From positions 78,618,001 to 78,682,000 of the forward strand of contig NC_058368.1 in assembly GCF_018350175.1 (NCBI RefSeq): DNA of 64,000 nt, read 5' to 3'. The first letter of the stretch is position 1. Each line of letters opens with the position of its first letter. Both the position numbers and the translations under genes were made by a program. Below, in pieces: positions 40,380 to 52,425 of the stretch. Source of the DNA: Felis catus. Taxonomy: Eukaryota. The notes beneath the pieces were generated by a model. It saw only the letters and a program-made list of their open reading frames with translations. It ran no database searches and was not told where the DNA came from.

Positions 40380-40770
40380 ATTGAAAAGCCATTAACAGGC
40401 AGGACCAGGCGAGCCGCACTGCAGCACCTCTGTGCGGGCAGAATGTGGCTGCGTGTGCGCACCAATTAGAGCGGACGATCCCCGGGACTGTGGCACTCGG
40501 AGCCCTGTCAATCATCGGCGCTACAATAGCACGTGCAGCAGTGGTGGCCCCAGATCCACCCGGGAGGGGCTTCTCCGAACTCCAGCTGCGGCATGCGAAT
40601 GAGTTTGAAGCTTTCTGCAGGATCATGGAACAGAGCCTCGGTTCGATAATCCATCCCGGGGTAAACTGTTACCTGAGGAAGGGCTCTGAATAATGCATTG
40701 CCTGGGGACTCCAGTTGTAGCCGAAGACAATGCTGGAACCCGGAGCGAGATTGCTGTCTGAGCTGGAAAG
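40380..40770 (+). promoter_or_regulatory. MYO16: Proximal promoter and 5'UTR of the MYO16 coding first exon
   Basis: Locally CpG-rich unique sequence with CCAAT at 40462-40466, CTGTCAATCA (reverse complement TGATTGACAG) at 40505-40514 and CACGTG at 40530-40535. The TSS cannot be determined from sequence. Confidence 0.6.
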
Positions 40771-40798
40771 ATGTCTCACTATCATTTTATCAAGTGCT
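40771..40798 (+). CDS. MYO16: MYO16 first coding exon, coding part (MSHYHFIKC plus 1 nt, phase-1 intron)
   Basis: ATGTCTCACTATCATTTTATCAAGTGCT is followed by a consensus donor GTAAGT (40799-40804). The peptide matches my recollection of the long MYO16 isoform N-terminus (MSHYHFIKCCCFQLC...). It lies just downstream of a CpG-containing promoter-like segment. Confidence 0.88.
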
Positions 40799-43159
40799 GT
40801 AAGTAAGCTTGACATTTTGCTCATATGGCTGTCTTCTTGAAATATTATTCTGTGCAGGTGCCAGCATCAGGGCTGGTCTTCCCGCATGCCACATGCAGAA
40901 GGGGGGCATGGAACGGTGACTTTGAAAGATGTGTTACATGCTTGAATGTATTTCCTCTTAATTTCAGGTTCAGAAATTGTTACACTGTGATCCAAATACT
41001 GATGGTACAGAAATCTTTAAAACTTGACCTTTTCAGGAAACATACACATAGCAATTAAAAAAAAAAAAAAAAAAGAAACAACAACTAGCAATTCGTGAAA
41101 AGGGATTTTTAGGATATTTCTGGGTATCAGCCTATGATAATACAGTGTTTGCAGAAAAACTTAGTTCACGAATGAGGGCTGAAACCATTTGGTTACCGTG
41201 TTTCTTTCAAATTTTACTGCTTCTTCCTGCTTCAAAGCTCAACTTGTCAGCTTGATCTTTCCCATTATCCTTGACTGTAAACTTTTGTCCTTGCATCGTT
41301 TACCTTGGAGTGCTCAGGGACTCGAGTGACATCTGTACCAAATGCTCTGCATGGACGCTAGCATGGTGAAAACAGTTTGTCACTGGCTTTTCTGATGAGT
41401 CCACAAAGGCTCTCTTCAATGCCTGATTTTTTAACGATTTTCTGAGCTAGATAAAAAGCTGCATCTGAACCTTCTCTAAAAGATAATCATAAAGAGGGAA
41501 ACATATTTATAGCAAAAATGGCTTGCCAGACACACATGCTTTCTCTTGTGGCACTTCTGAAAACTTCTGTACATGTATGTCCTTGTCTTAAAGTGACAGA
41601 AGACATTAGTAGAAAATGGTTTCCTCTTAGGACGAGGGTTTGGTTGGCAAAGGACATTCATTACATGTTCCACGTAAAGTAACGTTCAAGGGAACACATT
41701 TTGAACGGATCTTGAGTTTTGCACTAAAGGAGAGTGAAAGATAATGATAACTGAGAAGGAAAAAATCTCTACCTTTCTTTTGTCTTCTGTGGGGGATGTA
41801 TATAGGAATGAAAAAGAATCTATGATTAATGAGAACAAAAAACGTCTTACTCTTCACCAGACCCCAAAGAGGCATGCGTCTGGCTTGCAGGATAATTTTA
41901 GTTCCAAAAGGAATTCATTGATCAGCTTGTAAGTTTGAAGATTAACTCTTTCATTGATAAAATTGGGGATGTGCAGCATCTTTAGGAATTATGAGCATAG
42001 GTTTTTTGTGTTAATCCCTGAAATCCTGGGGTTATTGTCTTGGTGAAATATATGTAGGATAGCACTGCATTAGCACAGTGTCATTATTTCTCCTTCCTGT
42101 GCCTCTGCAGAGGAAATTCCTTCAACCTTCTGCACCATTTCTACAAGGAACCTGGGTGATCGCTGGTCAGAGTGAACACACCTGGTGGAAGGTAGCCGGG
42201 AGAGTTGGGCAGAAGCACAGAGGGACAGAGGGGCATGAATTGGGGCGGTTCCGAGAGCAGTTAGTCACCAAATACAACGTGAAGCTGCCCCTTCCTGCCT
42301 TATGTTACTTTTGTTTCAGCTGCATGATTTGAGTTTAGAATTTCAGAAAATTAAAACAAGCGATGATGTCTGGTCAATGGTAGTGACTGGAGTTAATTCT
42401 TGCAGCCTAGATGAAATGTAAAATGAAAGAACAGTGAAATGTTTCAAATACCTGGGGAAAACGCTCCTGAGGAATTTATCAAAGTAATTGCATACTGCTT
42501 ACAAAAGATCGGACCACGTCCTACGCTCGGTGTTTGGTAATATCTATAAAACGGAAAAGAAGCAGGGAAATGTCAAGAACGGACTTCCGTGGCGGACTGG
42601 TATGGTGTGCTAATGGAGGTCAGAAACTATATTTCATTGTGTGCCCCTGGTCAAGGGCACTTCACAATTGGGCTGGATCTTGGAGGATGAAGAGAATATA
42701 GAAGGAAAAGTGGGGGCATGTCGATGCGGGTTTGTCGCCCAGAGGGTTTGTCGATAAGGATCATAATCCACAGCTTTGTTGTTGCTCTCAGTGGATCGGG
42801 TGTTTCCGTATTGTGTTCCCTTGATCCTCATATTGGGAATGATCTATTGACAAGGCGAATTGGCCTGTGTTCCTCACGTCATCTCTTCCTGGCATCAGCG
42901 TCCACATGCCCGTCTTTTCATTGTGGCCCTGGTTTGTCGCCACGCTGTGCCCGCTTGCAACCAGGTAGCAATGCAGGAAGTGGTCGAATTCCAGGGCAGG
43001 AGTAAGAACTTGTGAGAAAGAGTCCCCTGTGGGCCTAGTAAGGGAGCCTTATGTCTGGATGTCGGGAGACCAAGCAAGAATGCTTACATGGAACTTTTAA
43101 CTTCATCTGGGGAAATGCTCATTATTCAGTGTTAAAGCATGTATGTACTGAAGGGTCTA

Positions 43160-43370
43160 GGGGCACCTGGGGGGCTCAGTCGGTTGAGGGTCTGAATTTG
43201 GCTCAGGTCATGATCTTACGGTTTGTGAGTTCAAGCCCCACATCAGGCTCGGTGCTGTCTGTGCAGAGGCCACTTTGGATCCTCTGTACCCCTCTTTCTC
43301 TGTCCCTCCCCTCACGGTCGGTCTATCTGTCTCTCTCTCTCTCAAAAATAAATAAAAACATTAAAAAAAA
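43160..43370 (+). mobile_element. CAN SINE
   Basis: TSD TACTGAA(G/A)GGTCT. Confidence 0.93.
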
Positions 43371-43624
43371 TACTGAAAGGTCTGAACTCAAATTCTAACA
43401 GTGGAAGTCTAACTGATGCAATAATCAGTTTTTATAAGTGTAATTGTATATATCATATAATTATTATAGTTATAATAATCATTATTCATACATAAATGTA
43501 AAACATAGGTATTAGATATTAATTATGACTACATACTGAATATAATTATTTGTGTAATTAATTATAACTATGGAATTCTCTGTTACTTTTATGAATTAGC
43601 CTAAATTGTCTATAGTGGGCATGT

Positions 43625-43827
43625 TTTATTTTTTAAAAAATTGCTTTTAAGTATATTTATTTTGAGAAAGAGAAAAAGAGAGGGCAAGCAGGGGAGGGGC
43701 AGAGAAAGGGGAGAGAGAGAATCCCAAGCAGACTCTGTGCTGAGGCCCAGTCCCACCAACTGTGAGACCATGGCCTGAGTCGAAATCAAGAGTCTGATGC
43801 TCACCCAACTGAGCCACCTGGGCGCCC
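43625..43827 (-). mobile_element. CAN SINE
   Basis: TSD GGCATGTTTTA. Confidence 0.92.
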
Positions 43828-45750
43828 TGGCATGTTTTACTTTTATAGTCGGAAAGAAAACTTTAAGAGCATGTCAGAGAGAGAATATATAGAGGAAGAA
43901 ATCGCTTGGACCCACATCTCCACCCACATTCCTTTCTCATGGCGTGGGCTCTGGCCTAATTCTGCATGTTCCATATCTCTTATATAGAAGAGTCGAAAAC
44001 TAGAGTATAAGAATTTCCCATGGAAGCATGATATCGCTGGAAAGCTCTGGAGCATCACCACAGAAAGTGCTGATACTTCCGGGATCTCTGTGGCCAGGAA
44101 GTGCGTTTGGACGGGTCTGTCGTGCGATTCTGTCTGAGTCACGCCTGGTGGGTGGCAAGTGAACCCGGCAGGTGCCTCAGTGAGGTGCAGGCAGGAGCAG
44201 GAGGGAGGAATGAGAGTTCTGGGCCACATGAAGGCCCGGAGCTGTCCTTGGACTTACTGTTCACCACGGGCACAAGCGTGAGGTTCGCCCTGCTCCGGCC
44301 TCTTCAGTGCCTCGGGAACAGGACCTGTGCCTGGCCTGTGTCTCTCCCGGTTTTACTTCTCCAAGTCTGTGGGGCTGGACAGCACTGTTTGCAGTAGGAA
44401 GGGAGCGGAAGCTACTTCACATGAATATACTCCAGAACCGTTAGTTCACTCCCGGCACCCAAAGATGAATTCTACAACAAAGGCTGCTGTTTTGCATATT
44501 AAAAAAATTTCACAATACCAAGGTCACCTTAGTTTTCCTCTTCCTCGCTCGTCTTTATAAACGCTCCTTCCACCGAAAGGTCCTCCCTGCTCGTTTTCAC
44601 TGGTTGTGCCTGCTGTTCAGGTGTTGAGAGCCCCCCTTTCCCACCCCACCCCCCCGCTGCAATGCTGCAAGCCTACCGGCACGTCCCGGGAACGCCTCAC
44701 CCCCTGGGTGCACCCTGTGCCCGGGTCAGGCCTGTGGTCCTTCCACGAAACCACTCCTTTGGCCTCATCTCCCCCTTGCACTCAAGCAACGCATGCCTAA
44801 CCCAGCTGAGCCCGGCCTGTGTGTGCGCACACCTAGCTGCTGGATGATCCCTGAAGGCGAGGTCCGGGCGAACGCAGGCTCGTTTCATGTCAGTGTCGGA
44901 CGGTAAACTCCCCTTCGCTCCTCCCATGCTGCGCGTGGTTGCTCACATCTAGAAGATCCTTAAATTTCCCGCCCAAGAAAACAGCCATCAGATGCAACTT
45001 GGGCATCTTCCCACCGATAAGTCTGTGAAGGTGCTGGTGTGTGAATTTCCCTCTGCCCGCCGTGAGTTGCTGCTCCGTGTGTGTCCAAAGAAAGACACGG
45101 TGCTCTAGACCCTACCCGCTCTCGCCTCCCTCCTTCAGTTACCCCTGCTTTCTGCTCCCTCAGTCGCTTCTCCTCGGAACGTGTTTTGTACATACAGGGC
45201 CCAATATACCTGCTTTGGGTAATCAGTCTCCCTTGACCTTCCTGGCCGCCAATGCATTTCTTTGCTTTCATGGTCACTCTTGGAAAAATTGCCTACACAC
45301 TCCCCCTCTTGACTCTACAGATTGTTCCACTGACCACGCCACCGAATCCGTATTAGTAAAACCCTCTTTATGTGGCGAAATCCGGTGGACAATGGTCCTT
45401 CCTTATGTTCGTTAATTTCTCACTCCGCTTCTGCCTCTTCTTTGGCAATCCTTGGGACTTTCTCCTGTTTCAGTGGCAGCTCTTCCTTTGAATCCTTGAG
45501 GGCTTCTCTTCTTAGAGCTTGGTCCTGACACTTTGCAAAGTCCCTGGTTGACTCATCCATTCCTGTGGCTTTAAACCTCATCTGTATTTTCCCAAACAAC
45601 TACCTTTAACTCAGATGTGTCCCCTTCTCTCTTAACCACATGGGCATCTTTTCTGGCTGGTAAATATGTCTAACTATTTTTGTTTTGATTGCTACGTAAT
45701 ATTCCATAGCGTGTGAATTATTTATTAAGCCATTTATTTATAGACTTCTC

Positions 45751-45782
45751 TTTTGTAAAAAAAAATGTTTATTATCTTATTT

Positions 45783-45839
<57 letters not shown>

Positions 45840-45986
45840 ATGAGCAGAGGAGGGGCAGACAGAGAAGAAGAGAGAATCCCAAGCAGGCCCTGTGCCATCA
45901 GTGCAGAGCCGAAAGTGGGGCTTGAACTTGTGAACTGCCAAAACCACAAGTCAGACGCTTCAATGACTCAGCCACCCAGGTGCCCC
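45751..45986 (-). mobile_element. CAN SINE with long (GA)n
   Basis: TSD TAGACTTC. Confidence 0.92.
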
Positions 45987-46589
45987 TAGACTTCCCTTTT
46001 TGATAGGAAATAAAACACTATGTTTTAGGATTTGGGCTTCTATTACTCAAGTATTGATTCACAAGGGCAGTGTTGTTGAATCACATGGTCTGTGCCATTT
46101 TAAGTGGCGTAGAAACTGCCAGATTTCTCTCCAATAGGCTGTGGCACTTCAGATTCTCACCATCAGCAGAGAAAGCCCATCCCTGCATCTCTGGAATCCC
46201 AGAACGTGGTCCTTCTTCAGATGCTGTCAGCACCTTCTCCCAAAGGTGTAATTTTATTCTACTAATAATGAAGGAGTTTCCCCCATTTTGTATGAGCCCC
46301 ATTTCTTCATACTTGTTCTCATTTGTTGATTGGATTGTTTGTACTTTTCATTAGCAACTGTATGTTATCTTTTACATTAGGAAATACCAATATTTCCTTG
46401 AGCGTGTGCTGAAGAGAGCTCTCCTATTTTTCTCTTGTGTTTTTGTTTTGGTGTTGGTTGGCATCTAAAATTGTAATAATTTATAGAAACAATATCTCCT
46501 ATGGATTTTGGTTTTATTTATTGCTTTTGGTTGTCTGTTTTAAAGTTAAATGGTTAGTCGTTGTCTTACTTAAGCTTTTATTTTTATAT

Positions 46590-46813
46590 ATATTTTTTTA
46601 AATTTTTTTTCAACGTTTATTTATTTTGGGGACAGAGAGAGACAGAGCATGAATGGGGGAGGGGCAGAGAGAGAGGGAGACACAGAATCGGAAACAGGCT
46701 CCAGGCTCTGAGCCATCGGCCCAGAGTCTGACGCGGGGCTCGAACTCACGGACCGCGAGATCGTGACCTGGCTGAAGTCGGACGCTTAACCGACTGCGCC
46801 ACCCAGGCGCCCC
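46590..46813 (-). mobile_element. Young CAN SINE (CpG-intact subfamily)
   Basis: CGACTGCGCCACCCAGGCGCCCC head; TSD TTTATTTTTATAT. Confidence 0.95.
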
Positions 46814-47151
46814 TTTATTTTTATATTTTAAGTTTTGATCCTTGTAAAAGTTAATGTATGGTGTGGTGTGAGATGAAAGTCACCCCCTTCTATTTCTATA
46901 TGCGTCACATCCACTGAATTCTAATTCCATTTTTGTCATATTTTAATTCCAAAATGTCCTTGCATAAATTTCTAGTTTCTGTTCAGTTACACTGATCTAG
47001 TTGCTTCGTTCACGAGCATACTGTTCTGATTTTTAAAATATTTTGTTAGGTGTTCTCAAATACTTATGTTTTCATTCAGTATTAAATTGTTCAACTAATC
47101 TGAAGTGAAAAAAAATTCTCAAGCAGGTTTAAAAAAAATCACCTTGCAATC

Positions 47152-47154
47152 AAT

Positions 47155-47197
<43 letters not shown>

Positions 47198-47399
47198 TTA
47201 TTTTAAATGTTTATTTATTTTTGAGAGAGACAGAGAACAGGGGAGGGGCAGAGAGAGAGGGAGACACAGAATCTGGAGCAAGCTCCAGGCTCCGAGCTGT
47301 CAGCACAGAGCCCGATGCGGGGCTCGAACTCAGGGACCATGAGATCATGACCTGAGCCGAAGTTAAGACGCATAACCTACTGAGCCACCCAGGTGCCCC
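47152..47399 (-). mobile_element. CAN SINE with (TTTA)n tail
   Basis: ACCTTGCAAT on both sides. Confidence 0.94.
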
Positions 47400-47430
47400 A
47401 TACCTTGCAATTTAAATTTTGTAATCTTAG

Positions 47431-47707
47431 TTTTTTTTTAATGTTTATTTATTTTTGAGGCAGGGAGAGACAGAGCATGAATGGGGGAGGGTCAGAGAGA
47501 GAGGGAGACACAAAATCCGAAACAGGCTCCAGGCTCTGAGCTGTCAGCACAGAGCCCGACGCGGGGCTTGAACTCACAGACCGCAAGATCATGACCTGAG
47601 CAGAAGCCGGATGCCTAACTGACTGAGCCACCCAGGTGCCCCAAATTTTGTAATCTTAGAATAAGATCTGTAGATCAATAGCACCTACGATTCTACTAAA
47701 ATTAGTT

Positions 47708-47740
<33 letters not shown>

Positions 47741-48085
47741 CAGAGAAGTTCTTTTAACATGAGTATCAGATCAGGTTACTCGTCTGTTCAGCCAGTGGTT
47801 GATTCTTTTTTTTTTTTTTAACGTTTATTTATTTTTGAGACAGAGAGAGACAGAGCATGAATGGAGGAAGGTCAGAGAGAGGGAGACACAGAATCTGAAA
47901 CAGGCTCCAGGCTCTGAGCTGTCAGCACAGAGCCCGACGCGGGGCTTGAACTCACAGACCGCAAGATCATGACCTGAGCAGAAGCCGGATGCCTAACTGA
48001 CTGAGCCACCCAGGTGCCCCAAATTTTGTAATCTTAGAATAAGATCTGTAGATCAATAGCACCTACGATTCTACTAAAATTAGTT

Positions 48086-48116
<31 letters not shown>

Positions 48117-48397
48117 CAGAGAAGTTCTTTTAACATGAGTATCAGATCAGGTTACTCGTCTGTTCAGCCAGTGGTTGATTCTTTTTTTTTTTTTTAACGT
48201 TTATTTATTTTTTGAGACAGAGAGAGACAGAGCATGAATGGAGGAAGGTCAGAGAGAGGGAGACACAGAATCTGAAACAGGCTCCAGGCTCTGAGCTGTC
48301 AGCACAGAGCCCGACGCGGGGCTCAAACTCACGGACCAGGAGATCATGACCGGAGCCGAAGTCGGCTGCTTAACCGACTGAGCCACCCAGGCGCCCC
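47431..48397 (-). mobile_element. Three CAN SINEs (47431-47642, chimeric 47806-48020, 48182-48397)
   Basis: First has TSD AAATTTTGTAATCTTAG. The middle copy is a hybrid of the outer two. Confidence 0.93.
47519..48273. repeat. About 378-bp direct tandem duplication (47519-47896, 47897-48273)
   Basis: Copies appear identical except for T-run lengths. Confidence 0.93.
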
Positions 48398-48649
48398 TAA
48401 AATTAGTTTTAATACATAGCACAACTGTTCTAAATGGATACTTCTCTTTATAACAGAATTGATAATATATGAGTATTTATATAAGAATTATAACAATGAT
48501 TTAATATCTTATGAACACTGCTTTATTGAATGTTATGGAAATGAAAGAAAACATGAATAAAGCTCTCATACTAGTGATAATCTAGGACCCCTCAACCTAA
48601 CACAATTAAGAAAAAGATAGAAATTAAATATGCTGCTGAAGGTAAATCT

Positions 48650-48867
48650 TTTTTTTCCCAATGTTTATTTATTTTTGAGAGAGAGAGCGAGCCAGAGCAT
48701 GAGTAGGGAAGGGGCATAGAGACAGAGAGAGGGAGACACAGACTGAAGCAGGCTCCAGGCTCTGAACTGTCAGCACAGAGCCTGATGCGGGGCTTGAACC
48801 CATGAACCGCGAGATCATGACCTGAGCCAAAGTCAGACGCTTAGCCGACTGAGCTACCCAGGCATCC
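48650..48867 (-). mobile_element. CAN SINE
   Basis: Antisense body. Confidence 0.93.
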
Positions 48868-49409
48868 ATAAAGATCTTTATGTTTAATGTCACATGTCTA
48901 TATCTATGTACAACTCCAAATCTAATCTATATCTGTCTATATAACAATATAGAAATATAAAAATATTTCATGTATATGTATGTATATATATATTTCTGTT
49001 ATCAGTTGTAAAGTGAACAGCTGAAGAATATCAGTACAGTGATATGTCTGTTATTCAACATTTGACGGCATTGTTCGTATATTTCACTTTTTATACAGAC
49101 TCGGGAATGTCATGGCTGCTGTGTCCCAGGGGTGCATCCAATGCCCGTCTCTTTGTGTGTTGCTGCAGTTTTGGCCTTACATTATTCAAGGCTTATCATT
49201 GTGTACGGAGGGTTCCATACCTGTGGTCTCACTCGACATCTGTTAGTCTAACGTGATGCCCTCTCTTTCTGTAGGTTGTTTGGTGAATGAAAGGGGGCTT
49301 TTTATGCTTCCAGGGGTTGGCTCACACCTCATGTCACTTTAGAGACATAAACATGCCACGGTAACTTAACTGAGTTGAATAGATTAAGTTGATTACATTT
49401 TTTCTTTTA

Positions 49410-49830
49410 TCCCATTCATTCTTATATTTATGAATTCGGTAAATATATACTGAATTCCTGTTCTTTTCCAAGGACTGGTCTGCGGGCTAAGAATCCAAGG
49501 GCAATCAAGGCAGCTAACATCACTCCCGCCTTGAAATTCCAATTACAGTGGTGAGACAGAGCAAGCTAGTCAACAAACAGATGCAGATAAAAAAAATTTT
49601 GGTGGCAGCAACTGATGTGAAGAAAACAAAGAAGTTTTAAAGATTTAGTAAGTGATCTGGCAGCAGAATGGGGTGAAAGTCCATTTTAAATAGTTTATAA
49701 AAGGATGACCTCTAAGTGACTGAATGAAGTGAAAGAACCAGGATGTGACTATCTGTGGGAAGGGTGTGCCAGGCAGAGTGAGTAGTAAGTGCAAAGGCCC
49801 TGAGGCCGGGATGGACATGTTGCTAATTCA
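49410..49830 (-). mobile_element. L2 relic
   Basis: CATTCATTC...GGCAGAGTGAGTAGTAAGTGCAAAGGCCCTGAGG resembles reversed L2 3' region. Confidence 0.65.
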
Positions 49831-49979
49831 GAGAATCTAGGCTCTCGGAAGCTAACTTTTTTTTAAAACTCTTTTTTAATACTTTCCAAACTCATAGATA
49901 AATATTTTTTATTTCATTGCTCTTATCTGTTCAAGCTAAGGGTCTGTAAGTCCACTTACCTTTACTTCCAAACTTCTTT

Positions 49980-50190
49980 CTTTCTTTCTTTTTTTAAATT
50001 GAAGGTTACCTTTTTTTTTAATATGAAATTTATTGTCAAACTGGTTTCCATACAACAGCCAGTGCTCCTCCCCACAGGTGCCCTCCTCGATGCCCATCAC
50101 CCACCCTCCCCTCCCTTCCACCCCCCATCAACTCTCAGTTTATTCTCGGTTTTTAAGAGTCTCTTATGGTTTGGCTCCCTCCCTCTCTAC
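49980..50190 (-). mobile_element. Short L1 3' end with double tail
   Basis: L1 3'UTR at 50020-50189; TSD CTTCCAAACTTCTTT at 49965-49979 and 50191-50205. Confidence 0.92.
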
Positions 50191-50539
50191 CTTCCAAACT
50201 TCTTTAAATAGGTATTTATATACGCCCCTCAAATGCCTTCCTACCTAATGACTACGTTTTAGCTCCTGCTTCATTATTGCGTTGAAACATCAAACTCTTT
50301 TATGTGCCTCATTTACCTCCAAATGTTTACCTACTTTGACTCTGTGATCATCTCTAATTTCTTAACTTTTTCCTTGCCTGAAAAAAGTGCTGGTGGAACT
50401 CTTTGACTCATTTTCTTCCAGATTCCTTGCTTGTCTCCCTACTTCACACCTGTTGCTTTCAAATGTCTCCATCATTCACTTATGCCCAGACATGATGCGG
50501 GACACCCAGCTTCTACGGGCGGATAGGTTTCTTTGGTGC

Positions 50540-52200
50540 GGGAAATTCATAGTCTAGAGGGGAGATTGGAAAGTGAGCACTCATGTTTCTGTAAGTCGGA
50601 GTTAGGGGAGAATGCAGAACAAGGTGCCTGGTTCTGCTCCGGGGAAGGCGTGTGAGGAGAGGGCCGGTCTTCTCAAAGTGAGCGAGCAGGCATTGAAGGA
50701 AGGGGGTGGGGCGGCATCTACTGATGATGGACGGGTGAGGAACCTGGGCAGAGGAGACGCTCTCTGTGATATACATCATGGAGAGTGTATGGTGCATTCA
50801 AAGAACAAACAGACAGAGAGTCCCACGTTGGGGAGGGGGGAGAACAAATGTGCAATATTTGGACAGATAGGATGCATTTTTATGGTATTCATCACATGAG
50901 AGAGTTCACGGGGTGATTTTTGAAGAGTATGCGATGTGATAGGGTTTGCGTTCAGGACTGTCATTCTGTAGCGATATGGTGGGTGGATTAAAAGGGAGAT
51001 TGGAAAGGGGAACAGACAGGAGAATAAGCTGAAATCAGAATGGTGGCCATAGGGATGATGAGGCATAGTCTGATTTGAGAAGTATTTATGGGAAAGAATT
51101 AACAGAACTTGCTGTCTGATTAGTGAAAATTTCTGTGCTTTGCCTTGCTCTTTTTCTTTCAATGTGTCTTATTTCGGTTATTTCATTTCCAGCATCTTTG
51201 TGGATAGATTCCAGGAAAACATCTGTGGCTCCGCTTCTATCAGGGTCTCTATGTACATGTGGTCAGAACCCAAGCAGGCCACTGTATCTTATCAGCTCTT
51301 CAAACTTGGAACGTCTGAATTCGGTCCACACTCTTCCTTCCTAAGCCTGGACGTCCAGATCGTGAAGGCCCAATCCACTATGTAACCATGTTTAGATCTT
51401 TCCTAAGAGTAATTGGACTCCATTAAAATCTTTCACCCATTAGAGTGGAGAGCAAAGCTTGGTGTTAGTGGGGTTGACTATGGAGAACCAGAGGAGGGGA
51501 GCAGGAGTGGGGTGGGGGAGACCAGCTAGGAGGCTCGTGTGGCAGTCCACACCCAGGTGGAGGGAAGTCTGTGTTGGTCATGGACCTCAGAACGGAGAAC
51601 AGTGGATGAATTTGAAGGAGACTTGAGTACTACGGAATCTTAGGCTATAGGACTGATTTGGGAGTTGCAGAGGATGAAAGAGAGGGAATATTCAGGACTG
51701 GCACTTAATATTTTCGCTTGAACGACTATGTGTATGGTGTTTTCATTAAGCTCAGATGTGCCCCAGAGAAAGAGAGACAGGCCAGGACACGTTGGGTCCC
51801 GTGATGTCCAAGGAGAGCTGCCCAGGATACAATTGTATATATGGGTCTGACGTCAGGCTGGAGATGTCTATTTAGAGACATGGGGTAATGAACATACTGG
51901 TTTTATTTCAGCCGTGCTGCAGGAGGAGCTAGGCAACGGGGATACATGGCTCAGGTCCGACACTTCTGGGAAGCAGATAGACGAAAGGCGTTCACAAAGG
52001 GAGGAGGAGGTCTTTGGTCAAGAACACGAGCATCACAGTGTCAGAGGCAGGGTCTGCTGAGCAGCCGGTGTGATGTGACAAGATTAGGACACATGTTTGA
52101 GGAGGATCTACTGGGACAACAGGCAAGGAGCAGTGTCAATGGACAAAGTGAGTGGCATTCAGACCGCAGTCTCTTGAGCCATCATCGGAGAGGAGTTGAA
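50540..52200 (-). mobile_element. Degenerate L2 fragments
   Basis: Purine-rich L2-like motifs (GGGGAGACCAGCTAGGAGGCT, GAGAACAGTGGATGAATTTGAAG). Confidence 0.5.
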
Positions 52201-52214
52201 GACCACTGTGTGCT

Positions 52215-52425
52215 TTTTTTTTTTTTTAATGTTTTATTTTAATTTTTGAGAGACAGAGCAGGAGCAGGGAAGGGGCAGAGAGAGAGGGAGACACAGAATC
52301 GGAAGCAGGCTCCAGGCTCTGAGCTGTCAGCACAGAGCCCAATGTGGGGCTTGAACCCATGAACCGCGAGATCATGACCTGAGCCAAATTCGGATGCTCA
52401 ACCCACTGAGCCACTCAGGCGCCCC
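52215..52425 (-). mobile_element. CAN SINE
   Basis: Antisense body; imperfect TSD ACT(G/A)TGTGCTTT. Confidence 0.94.

Noticed and set aside
40445..40693. 82-aa ORF as an independent gene
   Set aside because: Starts at a non-ATG codon within the promoter. Only its ATG-initiated last 22 codons are considered, as a uORF.
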